Positions 19,366 through 29,660 of a DNA stretch of 64,000 nt are shown here, one piece after another. Source of the stretch: a virus. Position numbers and translations under genes: made by a program. The notes under the pieces are model-generated. The model did no database searches. It saw only the letters and a program-made list of their open reading frames with translations, and was not told the DNA's origin. The stretch lies in IMG/VR virus record IMGVR_UViG_3300045684_000009, positions 32,001 through 96,000 of that record; one strand, 5' to 3'. Every line of letters begins with the position of its first letter. Within the stretch, counting starts at the first letter, position 1.

Positions 19366-19830
19366 ATGGCTACCAATCCCGTAAAAAGTAGATACACTTT
19401 CACTCAGAAAGACTTCTATAAGAATTACAAAAAGAAATCAAACAACCCTGTAACATGGAAACAATATACAGGGTTTATTAGCGATTTCTTTGCTGAAATG
19501 CTTCGACAAGTTATATACGATCGTACTGACTTTAGATTCCCAATCAACTTAGGTTATATAACTTTAACTTCTAGGAAAATACCTATCAAACATAGGCATA
19601 TTAACATGCCGCATTTGAAAAAAACAGGTGAGAAAAAGCGTATACTTAGTTTAGAGACAGACGGTAGGTTTTATTCGTTAAAGTGGCGGACGTTTAGATG
19701 CAATCTGAAGAATAAAAGTTTATACCTACTTAAAACACCTCAGACTTCATGGACACGTAAGAATGCTAAGACTTCAATAAAGGAGTATATAAACACCACT
19801 CTTACTACTAACCAAAAACTATTACCATAG
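19366..19830 (+). CDS. HU/IHF-like DNA-binding protein of the crAss-like tail operon
   Basis: Basic protein with FRFPINLGYI and TDG.FY..KW....KNK..Y motifs, located between ring genes. Confidence 0.6.
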   Translation: MATNPVKSRYTFTQKDFYKNYKKKSNNPVTWKQYTGFISDFFAEMLRQVIYDRTDFRFPINLGYITLTSRKIPIKHRHINMPHLKKTGEKKRILSLETDGRFYSLKWRTFRCNLKNKSLYLLKTPQTSWTRKNAKTSIKEYINTTLTTNQKLLP

Positions 19831-20891
19831 TGAGTAAACCTAACCAAAGATATATATCATTATCCACCGCAATTTCGGATTGGATAGAAGATTATCAGTT
19901 TGATGAACCAATCGAAGAAGAGATTCTTACGAAATGGATTACTGATATACTTCGACAAATGCAGGTAGAAAACTTGCTAAACAATAAAATAACAATATTA
20001 GATGTAGATGGTTATAAAGCTGTACTTCCTGAAGACTTAAGAATGGTTTGTGAAGTTGCTTATAGATTAGAACCCCCAAAATGCGGTCCTAAAGAGAGAC
20101 TTGATAAAGTTACTCAATGGGTGCAGGGGACTGATGAAGGTTGTGAGTTAGAGATTAACGTGAATTGTCCTGATTGTCACAAAACAGGATGTAAAGAAGT
20201 TGGGCAAAACTATGTTGAAGTTAATGTAGACAAGCTGTGGGAGTTACAAAATCCTCACATGTTCAGTCAATATTCTTCTAAATTTGCAACTGTATCTAGA
20301 TTTGGATATGGTAAAAGTACATACACCCCCGATTTCAAATTACTAAAGTATGGGGGAGGTAATCCTTGGAATAATTCTAAATTACATTTATCTGATTGTG
20401 CAAATGTGCACTGTCATGATTGTGAGCACACTTATGATTTTAATACTAACAACATCGAGGTAAGTTTTAAGAAAGGTGAGGTGTTAATAAGTTACATGGC
20501 TGTAGCTCTTGATGAAAAAGGTGATATGTTAATCCTTGATGATTCGGATGTATTAGAAGCGGTATCTGATTATGTATTATATAAATACATGAGAAAGATG
20601 TATTTTAAAGAAGTAAAGAGTAGAGGGAATAAAGATTCTAACTTCTACAGGGCGTATAAAGACTCTGAACAGTCTCATTATAGGTCTTTAGCTAGAGCTA
20701 GGTCTAAACTCACTATCCCTTCTTATTTGGATTGGATAGACTTCTTAAAATCTAATAAATACCACAAAATAGATAATGCTTATAGTAATATATTAGATGG
20801 TAAGAGTTATCAAAGTAGGTCTGGTAAACATTATGGAAGAACTACGGCAGGGTTAACTAATAGAAACGTGTATAAAGATAAAAGAAACTAA
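19830..20891 (+). CDS. crAss-like tail ring protein (P22 gp4-like tubular protein)
   Basis: YKAVLPEDL and SFKKGEV.ISY.A...DE.G...I.D....EA...Y...K motifs, immediately upstream of the muzzle gene. Confidence 0.65.
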   Translation: MSKPNQRYISLSTAISDWIEDYQFDEPIEEEILTKWITDILRQMQVENLLNNKITILDVDGYKAVLPEDLRMVCEVAYRLEPPKCGPKERLDKVTQWVQGTDEGCELEINVNCPDCHKTGCKEVGQNYVEVNVDKLWELQNPHMFSQYSSKFATVSRFGYGKSTYTPDFKLLKYGGGNPWNNSKLHLSDCANVHCHDCEHTYDFNTNNIEVSFKKGEVLISYMAVALDEKGDMLILDDSDVLEAVSDYVLYKYMRKMYFKEVKSRGNKDSNFYRAYKDSEQSHYRSLARARSKLTIPSYLDWIDFLKSNKYHKIDNAYSNILDGKSYQSRSGKHYGRTTAGLTNRNVYKDKRN

Positions 20892-23800
20892 TGGGTTCAC
20901 CCAAACTAACTAGAAATGGATTTACAGGTAGCATGGTACAAGATAGTGCTCCTTGGATGGCGTCTCCTGAATCGTGGGAGTACGCTTTAAATGCTTTACA
21001 CAAGAGTAGAGACTCTAAAGGTTTTGGGTTAGTTAACGAAGAATCAAATGAACTTTGTGCTAGTTTCGGAGGTAGAATAGTTGGAGCAACATTTATTGAT
21101 GAAAGAAATCAAACTCTTATATTTACTGAAAATGATGAACTTTGGTTGTTAGGTAATGACACTTGTAAAAGTAAATTCGTAGTAAGTGCAGGTGAATTTG
21201 GATGTGAGTGGAATTTAGGAGCGTGTGAGTATCACTATGCTGAACTAAAACCACAAAATGCGTGTAATGAGTTGCATGCATATTTCAGTTCAAAGTGTGA
21301 GTATTTTGTAGTCAACATCGATGAGATGTTAGACAGTGCTAGAAAAGAAGCTATAAAAGCTAATTTCAAAGAAATTGAAGACGCTAACAGTTGTGAATAC
21401 AGTTGTGAGTATTTTAAGCTTTTCAAATGTGTATGTACTCCAAAGTTGAGTCCGATAGTAAGACAAAAAGGTGGTCATAGGTTGCAAGCTGGTGCTTACC
21501 AGTTCGCTGTACAACTAGAAGATAATCACGGTAATACAAGTAATTGGAGTTTTATATCTGAACCTACTTATGTATCAGGACCAGATAATATCGCGGGGGA
21601 GCTTTCTTCAGACGCTATATCTGTAAATATAAGTTGCTTAGACTGTAGATACGATAAAGTACGTATAGCTGTTATTAGTAATGTAGGTAACGTACAAGAT
21701 GTTACAATATTACCGTCCCAACACTATAACTCAAAAGGTATTGAGTTCATATATTATGGGCAACAAGGTAAGACTGTAGATTTAGATGAAATAACTACCA
21801 AGCATAAGAAATATTTAAGAGGTCAGGATTTAGTACAAGAAGACGGTAGACTTTGGTTGTATAACATTAGACAAGAGAGAAATCTTCACTACCAACCTAG
21901 AGCTTGGGGTATTAATGTTGAAATACAACCGTACGAAGTTACTGCAGAACAGCAAGCTAAATATCAATACCGATCGTTAATGAGAGGTGAGAGATATATG
22001 TTTGGTATTGTTTGGCAATATTGTGACGGTACGTCTTCTGTAGTATTCCCACTCTCACCTACAGGTGGCGGTGGAGCAGAAGGTTATGGAAACGGACAAG
22101 AACAATTTAGAAGTATAGACGATGACCCTACACCACCTAGTCAACCAGATCCTGAGAATCCAGATATTGGAGATGGGGGAGCATCTGAGAATGGTGGCGG
22201 TATAGGTTCTACATTTAATATATCAGCGTTCGAATTTATAGAACCTGAATATTGTAGAAAGAAAGGACATCAAACTCGTACAGAAGGACAAGATGGAAAT
22301 GTGCAGGAGTACCCCAATAGTGGAACTACTCCTATACCCGATAGTGATATAAACAATCAGATCATTGAGATGGAGATTTACGAACAAGTGCAAGCTTGGG
22401 CTACCGATCTTAAAGATTACGAAGATTCTACTAAATGTGATGATTGTAAAGAGTGTTATTGCCCTGATTTTGAAAGGGATGAAGATGGTAACCCTATATT
22501 CCCAGAAGACTGTTGTACAGGATGTTGTGAGGGTGGAGATTGTTCAGGTTGTTTTGAGGACACCGAAGCTGTAAATAGTGATGGTCCTAGATTTGAAGAA
22601 GTAGTAGACACTTGGTTAGATAATGTTAGTGAATTAGCTAACGAGAAAATGATAAAACCTGATGAGGTCGATTCTAGATGTCCAGATATACCTGAGACAG
22701 ATGCTCACCCTACATCAAGTCTTAAAGCTGCAGCAGAGCAGTTGATAAGAATAGGTGTTAATGAAGCTGAGTATTTTGAACCATTGAAGGGTAGACTAAT
22801 AGGTGCAACTAAAAGTCAAACAACACCTTCAGGTGCTCAAGAAACAGTTATATCAGCTCGAGTTACTGGCGAAGACGGATCGTATAGTGGCGACGATGGT
22901 ACTGTAAGAGGTCATCAATATACTGACTGTAACGGTCATAACCTCACAGAAGAGTCACCTAGAGCGTTGTCTCCTATGAGTTTTATACCTTATTTTACAG
23001 CAGACACTATATATCCTGATACAATCGATTGCGGTGGTAATCCTCTGTGGGGTTCTAAAGCTAACAGTAATGTAGAATTATTTGAAGTACCTGGTGAAGA
23101 TGTCTTACCTTGTTTTAGAGGTTTTCAAGACAGTGCAGTCGGGCCTTGGACAAAAGATGGTGATGAACTATCTAATGGTTACGTAATATTACTAGGGTTA
23201 AAGGTTTCAGGTATTCCTATTCCTGACCCTGAAGAATTACCTAAACCGTTGTGTCCTACTCAACCATATAGAATAGTAATGATCCCTCGCGATCATATAA
23301 ATAAAAGAGTGGCGGCTAAGGGATTGGCAACTTCTACATTTATAGGAAATGTAAGGGGAGCTGCTCACGCTGTACCTAGACATGGTGTTAATTCAATGGA
23401 GACTATAGATGCTCACATTGACGATAATGGTTCAAGATTGGGTAGTGGAAATGCGCCTGGTTATAACTTCCATTCATTAGATACATCTATGCAAAGTATA
23501 ATGTTAGATGTTGATACCGTAGTTGCTGAAAGGTTTAGGTCTGGTAACGGGTCAAGACATGGTTTATACGCCATAGGTCGAGACCCTGAAGATTCTTATA
23601 ACGGTAGTAGAGTAGATCAAAGGGGTGCTCGTACATCGATTAATTTAAATATGTCAACTGCAGCAGGAGCAGAACAAAATGTAAACGGTATAACGTATGC
23701 ACCTGCAAACAGTGTTGTAACAAATCCTTTAGGTATAACTTATCCACTCTTAAACATGATGAGGGAGTCGAGTGTGTATTTTGAGCCTGGAGGAAGTCTA

Positions 23801-26173
23801 CCTGGGTTACCTTATAATTTAGGTAAAGGTGGTGGACAAGCGGATGTATCTTTCGTGGGAGACGGGATGCAGCATGCAGTTCCTGTAACTCACGCATCAG
23901 CTTGGTATGTTTCATTACGTAGAAACGTTCCAAATCAATATGGGGATATTGCTGGTGCTAGGTTTATAGATACGGGACTTGTAGCAGGGAAGAATAATAG
24001 AAATCAAATCGCAGGTATTTGTGGTGATATATTTATAGGACCACATAGTTTTAAAAGAACGGGATATGTATCGAATAAAGTAGGGGACTTTCACGATACA
24101 GCAAGAGGTCCACGTACAGTGTGTGACCCACCTGATGATAAGATATTTCAACAACTCGGTCAATGGTTTCATACGAAGTTACCAATAGACAGAGACTTAA
24201 CTGATGCAAAGAATTATTGTAGTTTACATCGAGGTAAGGATTGGCAAGACTCTAGAGCTGCGGATGGTCCAGAAGAGGAATATTACTATCCAAGAACTCA
24301 ATCCACTCTAATAACATATTGGGGTGAATTTGAAGTCAATCCGTATAAAAGGGCTACAGGGAAAGGAGACCCTCAACAAACGGGTGAAGTTTATTACCCT
24401 AAATTGAAAGGTCTCCACCTCGATTCTAACGCACCTACCCAACAACCTTGGGAAGACAGTTGGATGAATAGGTTTTATTGTAGAGTACAACAACCTTCTT
24501 TAAGAGCGAAAGCACTTAAAGTTTTGATTCGCACCGCTTTAGATATAATACTTCCAGCGATAGGTGTATCTCAAGTTATAAATATGGAGGGTGTACCTGA
24601 TATTACAGGTGGGTTCTTCGTAGCACCTATTTTGATTGCATTGTGGTGGTTCGCTAATCGAGTACTATTTAGAGAAGATAGAATCGATAACATGTTAGGT
24701 ATTCCTAGATGTAAGACAGATTCCGAGGGTGGTGAAATGGAAGATTGCGTAACGGGATTTGAGGATAATTACTACTCATATTCTATGGATTTCAATAAGC
24801 AGAATGATGAGAATATATGGTTCAGTATGAATGACCTGTATAACACTTGTGATTGTGATGATTGTGAATTAGGACAAACAACCAACGAAGTGTTCTATTC
24901 TAATAAACAATTATTAGGAAGTGATATAGATGCTTATAGAAACTTTCAATCAGAAGCTTTTGTAGAAATACCAGCGCATGCAGGGCAACTTAAGAAGATG
25001 TTCAAGTTTAATGGTCAATTCTTTGCCCACACAACCGAAGGTCTTCATATTATAAAGTATCAACCTAAGAATATAGATAACGCAAGTGGGTTTTCATATT
25101 TAGGTGGTGACTTGTTAATCAGACCTTTCCAATTATTAGAAGGAGTTCCTGAAGGTTTTGCGGGGATATCAGACCCTAACAGTGCTATATTAACTAAGTT
25201 TGGTTATTTCTTTGTAGATAATGAAGCTAGAAAAGTATATCACTATAATGGTACGGGTATACCTAAAGATATTACTACACAAGGTATGGAGTTATTCTTT
25301 AAGCAAAGTTTAGACTTCTGTGATAAAGTATCATGTAGAGATGAGAAAACACCAGGTGGTATGTATTATTCACTAGGTTACGACCCTAGATATGATCGAA
25401 TATTACTCACTAAGAAGGACGGAAGTGGTTGTAATAGTTTTACTATATCGTATTCTCCTGAGATTAATCAAGGAAAAGGTGGATGGGTTAGTTTCCATTC
25501 ATACATGCCTCAAGCTTATTTGTGGGATAGACATGATATGTATTCTATAGTTGGAAGTGAAGTTTGGAAACATAACGTTGCAGGAAGTTATCAAACTTTC
25601 TATGGCGATTATAATCCTCACTTAATCCAGTTTACCGCTATACCTTCAGCTAAAGGTCTTCAAATGAAACCTTTTACATATGAGAGAACTACGTTAAGAA
25701 CTGAAGTTGAGAAAGCATCAGGTGGTGACTATATAAGAGATATAGATGACACATTTAACAAGATGGCAATGTTCAATCATACACAAGGTACAGGTACAGT
25801 ATGGTTAGAAAGAATAGGTGATAACTTTGGAGATGATGAAAATCAAAGAAATAAGTTAATGGAAAAAGAAGCGTCAATACGTGCGCAGAAGAACCATAGA
25901 GAGTGGGATATAAACCAAGCTCAAGATTATAAGTTAATAGACTGTAGAAGAGACCCTTCTGTGGTGAGGGATTGTGAGTGTCAAGCTATTCCTAATATAA
26001 ACGAAAACGTATACGATTGTAAAGTACCAATTACTAACAATCACTTTAGAAATAAGAATTTAAGCGACGATCATTTGACATATAGGTTTATTAAAGATGA
26101 TAATAAATCAGATCAGAGAATCAAGACTATTTACGTAGAAACTTATGGCAACTCAACGGAAAAAGAAGATTAA
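20891..26173 (+). CDS. Muzzle / tail stabilisation protein (P22 gp10-like, crAss-type)
   Basis: YALNA...NEESN.LC, GAYQFA, RSLMRGERY.FGIV, YS..Q......D.YRNF, GYDPRYDRILLTKKD and WVSFHSY.P motifs. 1760 aa. Confidence 0.75.
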   Translation: MGSPKLTRNGFTGSMVQDSAPWMASPESWEYALNALHKSRDSKGFGLVNEESNELCASFGGRIVGATFIDERNQTLIFTENDELWLLGNDTCKSKFVVSAGEFGCEWNLGACEYHYAELKPQNACNELHAYFSSKCEYFVVNIDEMLDSARKEAIKANFKEIEDANSCEYSCEYFKLFKCVCTPKLSPIVRQKGGHRLQAGAYQFAVQLEDNHGNTSNWSFISEPTYVSGPDNIAGELSSDAISVNISCLDCRYDKVRIAVISNVGNVQDVTILPSQHYNSKGIEFIYYGQQGKTVDLDEITTKHKKYLRGQDLVQEDGRLWLYNIRQERNLHYQPRAWGINVEIQPYEVTAEQQAKYQYRSLMRGERYMFGIVWQYCDGTSSVVFPLSPTGGGGAEGYGNGQEQFRSIDDDPTPPSQPDPENPDIGDGGASENGGGIGSTFNISAFEFIEPEYCRKKGHQTRTEGQDGNVQEYPNSGTTPIPDSDINNQIIEMEIYEQVQAWATDLKDYEDSTKCDDCKECYCPDFERDEDGNPIFPEDCCTGCCEGGDCSGCFEDTEAVNSDGPRFEEVVDTWLDNVSELANEKMIKPDEVDSRCPDIPETDAHPTSSLKAAAEQLIRIGVNEAEYFEPLKGRLIGATKSQTTPSGAQETVISARVTGEDGSYSGDDGTVRGHQYTDCNGHNLTEESPRALSPMSFIPYFTADTIYPDTIDCGGNPLWGSKANSNVELFEVPGEDVLPCFRGFQDSAVGPWTKDGDELSNGYVILLGLKVSGIPIPDPEELPKPLCPTQPYRIVMIPRDHINKRVAAKGLATSTFIGNVRGAAHAVPRHGVNSMETIDAHIDDNGSRLGSGNAPGYNFHSLDTSMQSIMLDVDTVVAERFRSGNGSRHGLYAIGRDPEDSYNGSRVDQRGARTSINLNMSTAAGAEQNVNGITYAPANSVVTNPLGITYPLLNMMRESSVYFEPGGSLPGLPYNLGKGGGQADVSFVGDGMQHAVPVTHASAWYVSLRRNVPNQYGDIAGARFIDTGLVAGKNNRNQIAGICGDIFIGPHSFKRTGYVSNKVGDFHDTARGPRTVCDPPDDKIFQQLGQWFHTKLPIDRDLTDAKNYCSLHRGKDWQDSRAADGPEEEYYYPRTQSTLITYWGEFEVNPYKRATGKGDPQQTGEVYYPKLKGLHLDSNAPTQQPWEDSWMNRFYCRVQQPSLRAKALKVLIRTALDIILPAIGVSQVINMEGVPDITGGFFVAPILIALWWFANRVLFREDRIDNMLGIPRCKTDSEGGEMEDCVTGFEDNYYSYSMDFNKQNDENIWFSMNDLYNTCDCDDCELGQTTNEVFYSNKQLLGSDIDAYRNFQSEAFVEIPAHAGQLKKMFKFNGQFFAHTTEGLHIIKYQPKNIDNASGFSYLGGDLLIRPFQLLEGVPEGFAGISDPNSAILTKFGYFFVDNEARKVYHYNGTGIPKDITTQGMELFFKQSLDFCDKVSCRDEKTPGGMYYSLGYDPRYDRILLTKKDGSGCNSFTISYSPEINQGKGGWVSFHSYMPQAYLWDRHDMYSIVGSEVWKHNVAGSYQTFYGDYNPHLIQFTAIPSAKGLQMKPFTYERTTLRTEVEKASGGDYIRDIDDTFNKMAMFNHTQGTGTVWLERIGDNFGDDENQRNKLMEKEASIRAQKNHREWDINQAQDYKLIDCRRDPSVVRDCECQAIPNINENVYDCKVPITNNHFRNKNLSDDHLTYRFIKDDNKSDQRIKTIYVETYGNSTEKED

Positions 26174-29100
26174 AAAATACCAAAAGGGGAGTAATGTATA
26201 TAGCTCTAAAGGTCAACCTAACATTGTACCTAACACAGATGGTATATATGTTTTAGGACATGAACCTCTCAAATATCCTCCAAACACTACTCCTGATAAA
26301 GTTGCATTGGCTAACTTAGAGAGTTTTAGTCTTAATGGTTATCATGATTTAGGTATGTTTGACCAACCTAGTATTGCCAAATGGATAAGTAGTCTTCCTC
26401 CAGAAGAACGGTATCTTTTCGAAAAAGACAGAAAAGGATATATAGCAAAGAACTTCGATAATTTTAAAAAGTCACTACCTTCTTCAGAAAAACAACCAGA
26501 CCCTACATTTAGAAACGAGTTTAACAGAGGAAAAGGTGCGCTTGAAAAGTTATACGGGAAAGCGAATTATATTCCAGTTAGCGATAATGGTCTTGAAGAT
26601 AGGTTATCTGAAATACCTGAAGGAGCTAATGTGATGTTTATGGACCATTCAGGTAGTCACTTGTTTGGAGTTCCTAGACAAGATTTCTACTCAATGTTAA
26701 GTAAAAAGAATCCAAAAACATGTATAGGTGGTTCTTGTTCTCTTGGACATTTTATTCCAGACAATGTTCAAGAAAAAATAGGACACGGTACTATTATAAA
26801 CGATGCTTTTTTTCAATCTCAATTTCCAAATACAAATGTTATTTTGGACAAGACTAAATGGGACGGATTTAAACCTGAATTGAGTGGTATAAATTCAATT
26901 ATAGGGGTGGATGCTAAAACCCCCCAATATATATATCAACAAGGCGGACAAATGAAAAACAAGAAACAACAAGGTGGATTTGGCGACATATTCACGCAGA
27001 ACCCTAACATGTTCGGCTCATTTACACAAGATTTATTAAATGATAATAAAGGTCTTGACTTTGCTGCTAACATGCCTGAGTTTAACATAGGAGGTAGCGA
27101 CCTACTAGGTGATGTTAAATTACCCGCACAATTGGGTATATTAGCGAATCAATTCTTAGGAATTAATGAACTATCCAACGACGGTAGAGAAGCTGCTTTT
27201 AATAATAGATTATCTTCACCTGATTATCTTAGACAATTTACAGTGTCTCCTTCAATAGGGCCATTGAATTATTTACAAGGTGGCGGACCAGCTTCACCTA
27301 TTAATTCGAGGTCTAGCGTAACAGATCAAGCAGGTTATCTCACCTCAAACTTAAACAATTTTACACCACAGAAGGTAATACAAGGAAGCGGTGGACAAAC
27401 TAATATAACAACAAACGGAATGGCTTTTCCAATATTTGCAAACGGTGTACCCTTACAACCAAACTCAGGTAACTACATCTTCAACGGAAATGAGGTGTTA
27501 GAAACACCTATGAGACAAGGAGGAGAAGTACCTAAGATGTTCTTGGGTGGTCTTTGGGATGGTATCAAGAGTGTAGGTAAAGGTGTAGCTGATGCAGCGT
27601 TAACTCCTTTTGGTGGTGGTAACTTAATAGAATCAGGGTTCGATAAGATTCCTGTACTATCTGATGCGCTAGGTTTCTTTGGAGACAGTACATTAGGTGC
27701 GTTTGATGGCGCTACCAATTTATTTGGATTTGATATACTTAAAGACGGAGCATTCAACACTGGGTTAGGTAAAAGTGTTTACTCTAATGCTGATAATTTA
27801 GCATCTATGGCTGCTCCAGCAGTAGGTGGTGCTTTGTTTGGTCCATTGGGTTCTCAAGGCGCTTCTGCTCTGCAAAGCTTAGGTCATGGTATAACTGGCG
27901 GACCTCAAACATCGGCTAACCAAGGTTATGCAGGTACACCTGGTTTTAATCCTAACACTGGTGGAATGGGAAATGTGATGGGTGGATTAAGTCAATTAAT
28001 ACCATTACTTCAAATGTTTACTAAACTACAAGGTTATAAAGAAGGTGGTTCTGTATTTAGAGGTAGACAAACAGACTTAGCAATGCCTTTAACTAAATTT
28101 AATCAAGCGGGTAACATAGGTCTTGGTGGTTTAATTGGTGCGTTCCCAGAAGGAGTACCTATCCAAACTGAGAAGTTTGATAAAATACCTGAACAGATTA
28201 TATTCGGAAATGCGATGATAGCAAATGTTAACGCTCACGACTCTCACGAAGATATGGTGAAAGATGGTAATTCCGACATGGTGACAGACATGTTACCTGA
28301 AGGTGCTTATGTGACTTCTGCATATGGTGGTATAAAGATACGAAAGAAAAAGGCTGAAGATTTTGTGGTGGGTATTAAAATACACCCATATCATGAGAAT
28401 CAAAAAGGTTTACTACCTGAAAGAATGACGGTAGCTGATGTATTCCCTAAAAAAGTGGATGAGTTAACTCCTGCAGAATTATCAAACGAAATTAAGAAGA
28501 AGTTTGAAGTTAGAGATCGTGTAGATATATTTGGTAACGCTACTAATGAGATAAACTTAGAAAGTAGAAAACCTTATCTTCAATTCTTAATTCAAGAATC
28601 AGAAGAACAAAAGATGAAAAAAGAAATGGCGTCTCAGAAAAGAAAAGCAACTAACGCTATTAATAAAGTAGCGAAAGAAATAGGAGTAGACAAGGCTGAA
28701 TTAAAAGCAGCATTTGGGTTTAGAAAAGGTGGAAAGGTAGTTAAGAAGGATGTAGTTAAAGCTCAGAATGGAGTATATGCTACCCCTTATTCTGGATTAC
28801 AACCTTTATCTACTAACCTTTATAGTTTACCAAGTCCTCAGTTTTCAGTTCCTGAAACTGCACCTTACGCTCATGTGAATGGTCCGTCTCAGGGGTTCTC
28901 TATAAATAACTTATTAGGACAAGTTGAACAATCGCTTCCTTTTGTAGGACAAAGCTTAGGTATAGTAGGTAATACTAGAGATTTTCTAAGAGCACCTGGT
29001 GTTGAAAATACAATAAATAATATTCAGGGAGGTTTGTTCAATCAGAACTCTCAATTAAACCAAGCCAACTTACTTGGAAATATTGGAGCGATAATTGCTC

Positions 29101-29642
29101 AAAACCCTGACATACAATTTACAGATAGACCTTTGGGTGCGTTTGATACAGCACTCGGTAACGTGCGAACAGCTAGACAGACTTTACCTAATCAAGTGTT
29201 CTCAAGAAGTTTGAGACAGTTAGGTGATATATCTGGTTTATTAGATAGGGGCGTATCGATGAACGGAATTCAGTCTTTATATAATAGAGCAATTCAAACG
29301 GGATCAGATGCCGCATTGAGTACTAATTTAAACTTGTTAGGTCAAGAGAACAACTTATTGTTAGGAAAACAAGCAGGAGTTGCGGGTAACGTTGCAGGAC
29401 AAGATAACAAAGCCAACGTAGGTACAACAAATAGAAATAATCAATTGGCGGGTATAGGTACTCAATTTGGACAGTATACTAACAACCAAGGTAACTTAAA
29501 TAGTGCTTTAGCTAATTCTCAAATAAGAGCGATGTTAGCCAAAGAACAACAGCAGTCTTCTGCTATTCAAAGTGGAGCACAAAATCTATTTAACTTAGGA
29601 AACATAGACGCACTAAGTTCTATACTTGGAATGTTTAGTTAA
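26145..29642 (+). CDS. Virion cargo/ejection protein 1
   Basis: Directly follows the muzzle gene. Repeated [YFM]xxGG motifs, Gly/Ala-rich hydrophobic segments, an SHE...LPEG.YV.S domain and a Q/N-rich tail. Confidence 0.65.
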   Translation: MATQRKKKIKKYQKGSNVYSSKGQPNIVPNTDGIYVLGHEPLKYPPNTTPDKVALANLESFSLNGYHDLGMFDQPSIAKWISSLPPEERYLFEKDRKGYIAKNFDNFKKSLPSSEKQPDPTFRNEFNRGKGALEKLYGKANYIPVSDNGLEDRLSEIPEGANVMFMDHSGSHLFGVPRQDFYSMLSKKNPKTCIGGSCSLGHFIPDNVQEKIGHGTIINDAFFQSQFPNTNVILDKTKWDGFKPELSGINSIIGVDAKTPQYIYQQGGQMKNKKQQGGFGDIFTQNPNMFGSFTQDLLNDNKGLDFAANMPEFNIGGSDLLGDVKLPAQLGILANQFLGINELSNDGREAAFNNRLSSPDYLRQFTVSPSIGPLNYLQGGGPASPINSRSSVTDQAGYLTSNLNNFTPQKVIQGSGGQTNITTNGMAFPIFANGVPLQPNSGNYIFNGNEVLETPMRQGGEVPKMFLGGLWDGIKSVGKGVADAALTPFGGGNLIESGFDKIPVLSDALGFFGDSTLGAFDGATNLFGFDILKDGAFNTGLGKSVYSNADNLASMAAPAVGGALFGPLGSQGASALQSLGHGITGGPQTSANQGYAGTPGFNPNTGGMGNVMGGLSQLIPLLQMFTKLQGYKEGGSVFRGRQTDLAMPLTKFNQAGNIGLGGLIGAFPEGVPIQTEKFDKIPEQIIFGNAMIANVNAHDSHEDMVKDGNSDMVTDMLPEGAYVTSAYGGIKIRKKKAEDFVVGIKIHPYHENQKGLLPERMTVADVFPKKVDELTPAELSNEIKKKFEVRDRVDIFGNATNEINLESRKPYLQFLIQESEEQKMKKEMASQKRKATNAINKVAKEIGVDKAELKAAFGFRKGGKVVKKDVVKAQNGVYATPYSGLQPLSTNLYSLPSPQFSVPETAPYAHVNGPSQGFSINNLLGQVEQSLPFVGQSLGIVGNTRDFLRAPGVENTINNIQGGLFNQNSQLNQANLLGNIGAIIAQNPDIQFTDRPLGAFDTALGNVRTARQTLPNQVFSRSLRQLGDISGLLDRGVSMNGIQSLYNRAIQTGSDAALSTNLNLLGQENNLLLGKQAGVAGNVAGQDNKANVGTTNRNNQLAGIGTQFGQYTNNQGNLNSALANSQIRAMLAKEQQQSSAIQSGAQNLFNLGNIDALSSILGMFS

Positions 29643-29660
29643 TAAGAAAGTAAGCAAATT

